Below, piece after piece: positions 26,401 to 38,400 of a stretch of DNA of 64,000 bases (positions within the stretch are counted from its first letter, which is position 1; the number at the start of each line of letters is the position of its first letter). The notes below the pieces were generated by a model. It was not told where the DNA came from, did no database searches, and saw only the letters and a program-made list of their open reading frames with translations. This DNA comes from Bugula neritina (Eukaryota > Animalia > Bryozoa): positions 10,262,741 through 10,326,740 of the forward strand of contig OZ037768.1 in assembly GCA_964035545.1 (NCBI GenBank), written 5' to 3'. The position numbers and the translations under genes were made by a program.

Positions 26401-29400
26401 TCAGCAAATCATCTCTTACTCTGAATTAATTTCAATATGATTTCTTAACAATCATGTCTGTTTGTTCCTGATTCTATGGTAACTAAGTTTTGCTATGTTG
26501 ATATATTGGTGGTGTTTAGGTACAGCATCAGCCCGACATTGTAACCAAGTGATACTGGCGCCTTATGGCCTGGCCGGAGTTCTCACTGGCCGCTCTGTCT
26601 CACCTTCAGAACAGAGTGTGGCTGATTGGCAGCAGTTTTACCCGCTGTCCAGCTCTGTGCTGTCCGCTGACAGCGATTTACCCAGTACGGTGGAGGTGGC
26701 AGTCGGTAAGTCTCCGATACCAATCCTTCAGGTCTATTCTATTTCTAGTTTGCTCTGTTGCTGCTGTAGTACTGCAATGTGTAGGTAGATGTAGTCATAG
26801 CTCTCCCTTTGTGTTCTATAATGCTCTCTACAACTTACTCACACATTATACATATTTCTGTTTTACTGTAAGTTAGTCCTCTGTTTTGCAATTTGCAAGT
26901 CTTTTCTCCAAAATGACGTGCGTCTTATAACTATGCTATTAATTCAACTGTAAATAGTATTGCTCTTTATAGTAGCATACCACACTATATATGTGCTTCA
27001 GCCGTGTGTATCTGCTAGGGTATTATATGCTATTACTGGTGTTGAATGCTGGGGTATTTGAAGTCTGATGTACTTCACTACTTATTAATGACAACATAAA
27101 ATTTATGTTTCCTTTGATGCCCACAACTTTTTCTTATAGCCGGTCAATTGATAGCATATCTTATTAGCTAGCCCTTGTAACTCTTACTTTTCATCACTTT
27201 CAATCAGGAATTTCAGTGTTGATAAATGTCTGTGTTAAATGCTTGGTTTAGGTGGTGTGAGGATGAAATATCCAAGTGCATTTGTTGTCACCACTCAGCC
27301 GCCCATACCAAAAGAAAACAGGCCAAAGTCAGTGCCCGTGGAGAGGTGTGACAGATGCATGGGTGTGCTGGTGTCTAAGACTACATTTGACAGTTTAGAG
27401 GCGGGCAAGCGAGATGATGAAAGCAGCTACTTTAATTTTACAGATGTACACAACAGAGTCAGTTGTAACTGTGTAAAGGTATAGTTCATTATTTCACACT
27501 GTTTATCTGTCCTTTTCCTTTACTGCCCAATGCATGCTTAAATTTTTGTGATGGACCTGCAAGAGTGGTTAGTAGAGTAGTTTTATCAGTCAAAAATGTT
27601 TTCAAATGGGGGGGCTGTGCTTATTCACCTGTAATAATAATATATCATTGTTACAGGTAAATAAGTAGTAGTGTGTTCAGGTGTCCTGCATGTGATATGA
27701 TTTCAGCTACAAGCAAGCTAGTTTCAAGAACACATCAAATTACATTCCCTGTAATGCTCTGAACCCTATGCTTATGCATATAAATAGTGTACTGTCGGTG
27801 TGTTGAAGCTGATAACATCAATAATAATTAAGCTTTTATAACAAACATATCAGTAATAATGATTACTTGTAACAATAATGAGTTGTACTAGAATCTAAGC
27901 AGACAAGCTGTTGATCACTTGCGGTGATTAACTTCCTTATGTAGCTACGTATTCACAAATATATTATTTTGTGGCTAGCTGTCAAATCAAATCATTCTTG
28001 TAGCCCAGAACCTGCAAGTGACTTCACCTTCCTATCAAATTTACTTTGCTGTGGGCATAAGCTTTAGTATCTGAACAGTGACTCTAATCAGGCGGAGAAG
28101 CCTGCTCTCTTAGGTCATATCCTTTGCACCCTGAATGACCTGGTTCTTATTTACCATCTCATCTCTTGACTGCAAAACATTAAACTTATTCAATGCTTTT
28201 GTGGTTGATATCCAGTTTTAATACCACATGTAATAAATGTACTACGCAGATCAATGGAATCCTGCACAACTCTAATACACTGCATGTTTACAGGCGAAAT
28301 CTTCAAAGAAGTCACAAAGGCAAGGCTCCCCTCTCTCTCCCAAGTTAGATGGCAGGAAGCCACGAACTCCTTTTCACAGGCGCAATGCACCAATTGAAAA
28401 GCTCTTTCCATTGACTAAAGGTTTAAAGACTAGTTTGTCATCGTCTGCCCCTGTCACTGCCAGCTCTGCTAGACCTAGCAACAGCGCTGCCACACCAGAT
28501 TACATGCAGGCTTCAACACCTCAGGTAGGGCCATACTTTCAGTAAAATGTATGTGGTTATAAGTAATGTTCTGGTGAATCAGAGTGTTGAGCTTAGTGGT
28601 CAGGTGGATTATCTACTACAACACTTAATATTACATATAGGTTGGTGTTGGTGGCAACTGTAGCCACTCTTTTTCAGTTATAATCATGATGACAGCTCAT
28701 TGCAGGTGGTATTTCACTCAAATTTTTGTCAATTATTTTGATGTGCAGTGTACTTTTTAAGTCCTTCTGCACCAATCAGCATTATTGACATAGCTAATGT
28801 CACTAAATCTCCTAAAGGGTGAAGTTGTGAAGTATTTGAGTACTGTGTAATGCTGTAAGATATGTTGAGTGCTGTAAGCAAGGTTGAAAGTGAAATATCC
28901 TGTGACCATTGATTACAGCCAGTGCAACACTGCTATCAACTTGTAGGTCATTGGCAGAGCAGTCAAATCAACATAACTATAAGCTTGTATTCTATTGAGT
29001 ATAGATTTATACTAAAGTTAGCTTACAGTAACTAACTTAATGTTAGTTTTGCTTGTATTGTAAAACCCACCATGTGGCTAACATGATCTAACTAAACATA
29101 TTATTGATAACACAGTGAAGCCTATCTGATCATATCTCTAGTTGACCAAATGGCCACATTACAATATTCCCATAAATTAGTACAGTTCATCTTGCCACCA
29201 CTGTCCCTTGTTACACACCTCAAGATTTACAGTTGTTTTTATGATGTAGATGACGCTAAAAGATGTTTTATCCTCGCCAACCTCATTTCCTCAGCCTTCT
29301 CCTATCCGGGCTCCCAGAACTCCCAAGACACCAGCCGGTATTCTACCAACAGATAAGCATATGAACACTCGACCACCTTCTGTCAAGGCCTCACTCAGCA

Positions 29401-32400
29401 TGGAGGAACAATCTCAGTCCACAAAAGCTCTCGCATCTCAAAACTCGATGAACCCGTTCAGTGTGGGCGGTTCTAATCAACCCCAAACCCCATTACCTCC
29501 TCAGACTACGTCGCAAGTAAGCATACTGATACTCTAGCTGTACCTCCTTCTCGCCCACAACAGTTAAAAACTAGGTTTGCATATTATAGTAGTCTTTGCT
29601 TGTAAATCTGGCTGAACTGTGCCTTCCCTTCTGCTGTTATAGTCCAAAGACTCCAGTGTACCAGAGGTAAACACTCCAGCGTCGTACATTGGCAGTCAGA
29701 TAGAACGGCTGCAAATGTCGCAGCTGTCCAGTACACCTACAGACCTCACCAAGCGTCCTCGTCTCCCAGGGAGTCCAGGCGAGGACGACGAACTCACCAC
29801 CAACTCCTTGTATACCTTCGCGGGATTCCAGGCTTGGTGAGTCTTTTATCGTGTGCTTTTTATGTTGACCTTTTCCTTCAAGTGGACCAACCTATAGTCT
29901 GTCCAGGAATGTCCCTGCCACTTGTGTATGATCAAACCACTGCAAGGGTTGCCACTCACAAATGTTATATGGAAATTTGTGATGGCCCTTGGGAGTTGGC
30001 GCTTTGCACAAATACAATACATCTCTCAGATTTTCTCATTTACATTTATCTTAGGATATACCTGCAGATGAGGTTGTTGCAGCACATAACTGTTAATCTC
30101 TACAGCAACTAGCACGTGCCTTCGGAGGCTAAAACAACAGTGTTATACAAGTTCATTGTCCTAGTCACTGGGTAGTAGTTATTAATAGCAAGTCTTGGTG
30201 AACTTCTCTACACTAACTGACAGTGGCTTGACTTGTATATTTTTCACTCATAACGTTACTTCATATTTTCTGAGGGGGGTTCAAGCCTTGAGATTTGAAT
30301 ACACTAAATTCTTCTAACTAGTGGTATGTTGTTCAAGTAGTGAGAGCATATTTTGCAAATCACACTCCTGTGTTACTACCATTAGCTTCTTCAGTGTTCT
30401 CACATTTTACCTGCATCCAGGCTCTTTTATTCCACACAGAACCAATTTAGATGCAAATAATTGACAAGTTTTTGGCAACTTTTGGTGTTTACATCCATTT
30501 TAAGTGTTGATGTTGGAACCTTTTTTTCGGAAGCTCCTTATTTCACTTGAATCATTTTTATAGGAACTGTATTAACTGTTTACAACTGCTGCTATTGTCT
30601 GAGATGCTATGTGGTTTGCCAACTGAGGGTTTTTAACTTTGGAACTAATCATCTTGTAATACTTGTCCATGAAAATCAGGTCCTGCCATGCATAAATGTC
30701 ACCCTAGCAAATCTGAGATTCTATCATTTATATGAACTAGTCTATTTTCTCTGGAATTTTAAGTTCTTGCAAATAAAATATTGCCTAAATTTCTCTCCTT
30801 TCTCCGCCATGTCCTGCTCTGGTGGCGAGAAAAATATTGTCTAAATGGCATGTAAATGGTGTATAATATTTCTATTTAGGCTTGACTTCCCATTAAAAAA
30901 GAGATTTAAGCAAGAGTCGATATCAAATATGACACAACCACGCAGCTACGAAGAACTGTCTCATCCTCTCACTAAAGTGTCCGAAGACACCCGTGTGACA
31001 GAAACCTACTCTCTCTCTAACCCACAAGCCGACTCCAGCTCCACCCAAGTCTTACTGGTGGCCCCGGAGTCTTCTGAACCAGGTTTGCTTGCCATTCTTT
31101 GGACTTGAGTTAGTAGTACTAATCGTAGTGGTAGTGGTAGCGGTGGTGGTAGCGGTATTAGCGGTATTAGCAGCAGCAGTAGCAGTGGTGATAGTAGTAG
31201 TATTGGTTGGAGTAATAGTTGTAGTAGTGACAGTTGTACATTAGTAGTAATAGTAGTTGTAGTAGTGACAGTTGTACATTAGTAGTAATAGTAGTTGTAG
31301 TAGTGACAGTTGTACATTAGTAGTAATAGTAGTTGTAGTAGTGACAGTTGTACATTAGTAGTAATAGTAGTTGTAGTAGTGACAGTTGTACATTAGTAGT
31401 AATAGTAGTTGTAGTAGTGACAGTTGTACATTAGTAGTAATAGTAGTTGTAGTAGTGACAGTTGTACATTAGTAGTAATAATAGTTGTAGTAGTGACAGT
31501 TGTACATTAGTAGTAATAGTAGTTGTAGTAGTGACAGTTGTTCATTAGTAGTAATAGTAGTTGTAGTAGTGACAGTTGTACATTAGTAGTAATAGCAGTT
31601 ATAGTAGTAGCAATACAGGGAAATATTTATCCATGATGAATAGTGGACATTCAAGGGCACCAGTAAATTAATGTAACGTGATGGTTGATGATAATTGTGT
31701 CATGTGCTGATAATTGGATTTAATGATACCACTATTGCAGGATAACTGAATGAATTCCATGCACATGCAGCTGGTGGTAGTCATAACCTTTTGTTGCATT
31801 GCATTGGTTTTGTTGCATTGCATTGTAGTGACATCCAACCTGCTGACATCTGCCTCTCTCATGCCTCTACCCAGCGACCTTGACAATATTTTCGACTCTG
31901 AAGACGAAAGTTCGGATGACCGAGCAAATGCCGCCCAGTCTGGCGCCTCAGGATTTGCTCCGTCTGTGCCTCATTCGTCATCGGCAGCGTCATCCGGTGG
32001 TATGAGTATGGCCAGTGCCCAAGCTGTTGGCCCAGTCAGTGAGTAGATCATATTGATACAAACTCTCATTACTGATCTTATGTTGTTCAATGATTAATGT
32101 GATCTTTGTTGACAGTTTCCAACACCTCTTTATCTCATTATTGCAGTATCTCACCTTTACTACATGTTTTTACCTAGAGCGCCCAGGTCACCCCTCACTA
32201 CTCTGGCTCTAACCATAGCATGGCAATAGCATGCTGATAGGCCCTCCTCCGTGCATTGCAGGAGGTCTAAGCCTTCTCCTGTTCACCATGATGTGATGCT
32301 GCTCTTACTGTAGGTGCTGCCGATCTCTCCCAGATCTACCCCACGCCACCCTCTCACGATAATCACAACACTGCCCTGTCACCTGCTGACCATCATCAGC

Positions 32401-35400
32401 ATGGTCACCAGGAGTCAGCTGACACCGTGGACATACCTGAGCCGACAGCTGCCATCTACCGCACGTCTAACGTGGCCAAGTACCTGCCCGTTCCACAGTA
32501 CCAGCCTCTTGAGCTGCCCAGCACTCAACATCCCATCAGTCTACCCGCAGACTGTCCATACACTTCATGGACCAACAAACCTACTGCCCAGTCGCTGTAA
32601 GTTTCTCAGCTCTTCTTGACATGTAGCCATATTGCATGATATTGTGGATAAAAAATGTTGACTGATTTTATTAGTACTACAACGCATAGTTTTTGCAGTC
32701 TTTCTCAGGTAGCCATTTTGACTTACTCCCTTCTTGTTTAAAAAGTATTATAAGTTGAAGTTGATAGCAATAATGTTTGTAGGTGACCTTAGTGCAATGG
32801 CTTTAGTGATAGCGTTTGTGGTTGTAGGTTGATGCCATTGAATTCAGTTGAGAATCTACCATCCACGCTGTCCAACATACAACCGGCCAGTGTTCGTTCT
32901 GTGATGTCCCCCAGCAGTGCAGGAGGGTTTTACCCCCCAGGCAGGACGCCTGTAGGACTTGGCCCCCTGGAGATGCTGCAGTCTCCGGCATCTGCGTTCT
33001 CTATGCCTCCAAAGAGTGCAGCAGGTAAACAGTTTGACAGAGTTTTGGACAGTTGATAATTCCAGTGTATGTCTGTTAAACAGCATGTTGATGAACACAA
33101 ACAAGACAGTTGGTTTGTGCTCCATAGATAGTGCTTTTATGATTATATCTAATACTAGCTGGTTTTCATTCTTGACTGTATGCATCAGGATAAATATTTT
33201 GTTATTAATCACTTGGCATAGAACTAAAAGTGTCTGTGAAACTGCAATTTTTTCAAAAGATTGCATGGGGCATGAATTTTACTTGAGTAAACAGGCTGTG
33301 TTTTTCCTATTTGTACTTGCTATGTATTATACTCACCACATTGCACAAGCTGTTGATATGTCAATAATATGCTTTTTACACAATGATAAGGGTTGCCTAG
33401 TGAGTTAGGGGTTTCCCCATTTGGCTTTCTTCATTTCCAATTTTCTAGCTTCAAATTACATTACGTGCACTGCATTGTGAACTTACATAGTCCATTGCAT
33501 AACTTGAATTATAAAAGTATGCTAGTTACTAGAATTTTGAGAGCTGTAGAATATATTCAAATGATTTCAGGCTGATCTCCATCTCATATAATACTGTGCT
33601 TACTGGGCCAATAATTCCCTTTCTACCTATAGCCTTTCAATAAATCATTTGTCATTTGGAATTTACATAATAATTTGGAAAGGTCACACCTGTTCTTAAG
33701 TTTAGTTGCTGATTGGTTCAATGGTTGTTTGCATTAAGGGGTATTTAATCGCCTTCTTACTGCACTTCAGAGCAATGCAGTAAAGTACAGTGCTCCTTCT
33801 ATATCTCACTAAGCTACCTCAAATCATGACATGGTAGAATACCAGATTTACCTAAGTTAAATTCGGCCATTTTGTTTCTATACACATATAAATAAGCCAC
33901 AGAGCGGGTTCTGAGCCCTTCTCCTGGCTTATGGAGTGTCATGAAAGATGGCACCATTAGATGCTGAGTGAGCACTGTAATGTGAATTCATTGGCTGGCA
34001 GCGTGACAACTCTGCGGCCATCCAACACCTCTCTACATACTAGCATGATGTATCTCTTGTAGGGTTGTCCTCTGTGGAAAACCCTTCAACTCATGGTGCT
34101 GCCTCAGCGTTTAATGCACAGTCACTCCCTGAGGCCCAGTCTCTCCTAGTTAACATGACAATATCAGACAGTATGCTTAACTTATACAAGGACCAGAACT
34201 TTGATAGTTGTAATCTGTGCGTATGCAACATGAATATCTTGGGCAACGACCTTGGCCTCTACTTACCCCGGGAGAAGTACGAGGTATGTACACGGTGCAC
34301 CTGTATGCCACCACTGCTGTTGAATGACTTGTGTATATCTGGTGCTGTGTTACATCGCGGAACATTACAGTATCAGATAACTCCAATTGTTTCAAAGTCT
34401 CCTGGAAGAAAAGTATTGGATACTTTTACAAATCTAAGAATTATCTAATGGTGCTGTTGAACACTGTGTATTGTGCCTTCTCTTAGCCTAGGGCCACACG
34501 GTGCGTATTTTCGCATGCGAAAATTGAAATCACAAGTAGCAAAGGTGTCCACTGTGCGCGTTGAGAAAACGTTCGCACTTGTCGCTCTGCATTTTCAACG
34601 CAAGTGCGAATTGTCTCTGTCGTCGTCACCTAATTGGCTGGTAGTTATTCAGCGAGCCCAATTTTTTTATTTTAGTGCTACATTCCAGTAAATTGCGTTT
34701 TATTGAAAGCGAGTGCGATTTAAAAATGAAAGCTTTATTTATCACGCATCACTGACGCTACAGTGGACACCTTTGCTACTTGTGATTTCAATTTTCGCAT
34801 GCGAAAATACGCACCGTGTGGCCTTCTCTTAGACTGCTAGCATGTACCTGTATACTAATGCTACAACTGTAAAGACAATTACAATGGAAACTAGTGCATA
34901 CTATGCTATTAAGTGTAGTGATAGTATGAAGCTGTATGGTGTATCTTTGGCAGGCACAATACAAATGCTCGTGTGGCTTCAGTGCAGTCACCAACCGGTA
35001 TTACGGCTACTGCTCTGGTCTCTTCTACGAGGATGAGTGTGAGATTGTGAGTCACCGGGATGACAGATTTGATAAACTGAAGCTGCGACCTTTAGCGGAG
35101 TCGTCCCCCCAAGAGGTTAGTGAGTCTTTACTTCAATCTGCATGCTAACAAACTCATTTCACGGTGTTTGTTGACTCCTAACAGAGAGCAGTCTGGCTGA
35201 AGGAATAACTGACTTCCTCAGACGTCAGTTATTTCCTGAACTGTTTCTAGCCACCAACCTCTCACTTTTTAATGCTCTGTGCATTGCTGGCAGTGTATGC
35301 AGTGTATGCAATCGGTGTGTTACAGGTGAACAAAGTGATATTAAATCAACTAAAGGAGCAGTTTTTGTCCTGTGCACCTTCCTTGCTGACCAGATACGCA

Positions 35401-38400
35401 GCTTTCTCTCAGTCTGCTGTGTCTAACAGTACCAAGAAGCTGGAATTTGACCATCAAGATGTTTGTGCAGTGATAATGGCTGCTCTCAACACAGGCCAGT
35501 ATATACAGGGTGAGTCTCTCCTCTTCCTTCCTGGTTACGTCATTCTATAGATTATCTGCATTGCATTCAATACAGTAGTATGTTGGCTGGAAACCCTAAT
35601 AATTCACATTCACTGTCAGCCAGTAGAATATGGTAGGTTATGGTGCAAGCTATTGGGATTACGCCTGAGGCTTTGGCAGACATCTATGTTTGAATGTTAA
35701 TTTAATGGTTGTATTGGTTTATCGATGACGCTTATCGTTGATAGTAATAGTAGTAGCAGTTATAGTAGTAGCTGTAGTAGTAGTAGTAGCTGTAGTAGTA
35801 CTAGTAGTAGTAGTAGCTGTAGTAGTACTAGTAGTAGTAGTAGTAGCAGTAGCTGCAGTACTACTAGTTGTAGCTGTAGTAGTAGCTGTAGTAGTAGCTG
35901 TAGTAGTAGCTGTAGTAGTACTAGTAGTAGTAGTAGTAGCAGTAGCTGCAGTACTACTAGTTGTAGCTGTAGTAGTAGCAGTAGTAGCAGCAGCAGCAGC
36001 GGCGGCATGGCCTGCATTAATTGCAACGTAAATAGCAGAAGCAGCCATAGCAATGGTGCAGCAAGTTAGTGGTACTAGCAGATGTAACTAATAGCAGCAA
36101 GGGAAGTTGTTTCTATATATTTTACTTATTACTGCATACAATGTTGATATTACACTGCTATTACTTTGCTGCATACAATGTTGATATTACACTGCTACTA
36201 CTGTACTATATACAATGTTGATATTACACTGCTACTACTGTACTGCACGTAATCCAACTAGTCTCTTCATGACATCATAGATAATCTCAGCTAATTCACT
36301 TCTATGGTTAATATTATCGCCTAATCTTCACATCTCCAGCCAATACGGTGACAGTCAGTAATGTGTGTTATTAGATACTATGAACCTGAGCAGACACCAG
36401 TCACAGTCTCAGTGCTGGAGTAGGTGGTCACTGGAGAGGTCGAGCAAGGAGCCACTGCCTTCTGCAGAAATTATACAACTGCTCAGATCTCTGCAACCTG
36501 CCTTGCAAGACGCTGTCCAGAAGAAGCGCACTACCAGGTACGGTTGAGCGTACATGCAACTCAGTTTTTATTCTGTTTTCTTGGTATGCATGTCTTTTAG
36601 TGTCATCAAGTGCTAACTCAATTTTTAGTTTGTGGGACCCAAACGCTATCAAAGTGACCGGTCCAATGACTTGGCTGTCTTTTTTCAAACTCGCTGGACG
36701 TAATTCTGACGAGTTGAAAGAACCGCAGCCCGTGCCGCCTTTCCTAGTTGGCAATGAAGATGATTGGCTGAGACAATCTCCCTTCTCGCTACAACACTGG
36801 GTGAGAGCTTCAGGGGTTGAGTTTTACAAATAATTGCTATAGGTTTTCTATAATTTGTTTAACTATTTTTCAATATGAGATATGTTTATGCTTTTCACTA
36901 GTTATATTTATTATTATAAGTGGATACTTCTAGGTTTACACATTATCTTTTATAGCATTTCTATTAGAAAGGAATGGTTTTCATGTTAAAAAAAATGCTA
37001 AATCATATTTCAATGTGGAAACGCTCTTTACTATATTCAACTATATTTATAGTAGTTCGAGCTGCTTGCAGTATGAAAACCACTGATATTACTCTTACTG
37101 GCTGCATTTTATAAATTTCTGATCCGTTTGCTGAAATTTACAAGTATTTGTGGACATTTCTGTGACACCTACTTATTTGCTGTATGCAGGACAAACTCTC
37201 CCTGAAACCGTATGGAGGGCAAAGGAACATCTCGTATATTGTTATCACGCCAGACAATGATCTTATCACCAGTGCCTCCAAGAGCTTCTTCACCGAGCTC
37301 ACGCACATCTATAGCCAGTGTCAGCTGGGCAAACACATGCCCTACCAGGGTATCCGGGATGGCATTGTGAGAGTCAACAAACACCTTGCCAGCTCTGTCG
37401 GGGATAAGCCTACGAGCGACTGGTTCAACAAGTTGGGTTAGTTTACCTACGTTCAAAACGTCGTGTTGTTTGATGATAAATTTATAATATTTTTCGGTGA
37501 TGCGATTTTTGCAAAATCACACAAGTTTGACAAGTCCTTGAAAATGAAATTTTGTTTCTAGATTCGCTGCCAATAGCACAGAAGATGAAGCTGATAGCTC
37601 GAGTGTGCAAGCACTACTTGGCGCCACTCCTCTGTAACAAAGCGCCAGACATCACATCTCCTCCACCACCCTCCGCTGCTGCCTACTCATCTGCACACGA
37701 GGGCGTGTTTACCAAACCCAGCCAGCCAGGTCCTAGTGCTCCTGTTTCTAACCCTCACTCGGGCGTCTTCAGTCCCCCCTCTCGAGATGAGACTAATAAA
37801 GGTACACATTCTACTGTGTCTGTAATCTGTTATGTGTTCTGCACTTTTTACAGGCCATACATACACTAGCTAAATTTATGTATTTTATTAGGTTTTGTTA
37901 TTTTTTGGTTTCCATAAGAGTGATATGTGCTTGCTGGTGCTAAAAGCGCTTCTTGTGAAGATTTTTCATATTTTATAGACATTACTGGCAGCACATTATG
38001 ATTTTTAGATGACAGTTATATCAGGATCATTTGCACTGCAATATATGCTTAGACTGTCACATAGCTTTAGAATTTGCTTTTACTATTATGTTTGCAGATA
38101 TATTGACAGACCCAAGGTACAAGGACTGTAGACCTAAGACTAGGGATAATACTCATACCAATGTGGTTGTCTATCTGATAAACCCCTACGCCAACAGCAC
38201 TGGTAGTAAGAATGGAGCTGAGGCTGAGGAGTCTGCTAGTACCCTCGCACTGTTCATGTGCTTCCAGGAGCTGCTGGACAGCCTACCTGAGTCTATGAGG
38301 AAGCAGACATACCTGGAGATTGTACCTCTTCATTCAGTTTTATCCAACAGTCATCACTCCTCCGACCAGCAGGTGGGTGGCTATAGAGTCTAGCAGTTGT

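Noticed and set aside
31221-31600. CRISPR-like regular 38-bp repeats
   Set aside because: Head-to-tail units with no unique spacers, inside a spliceosomal intron, and no cas genes.
32178-32265. Alternative coding exon of MED13
   Set aside because: All frames tested from nearby AGs hit stops before a credible donor.
35719-36069. Overlapping poly-Ser/Val/Thr/Leu ORFs in four frames
   Set aside because: By-product of a trinucleotide microsatellite; the MED13 exon chain is complete without them.
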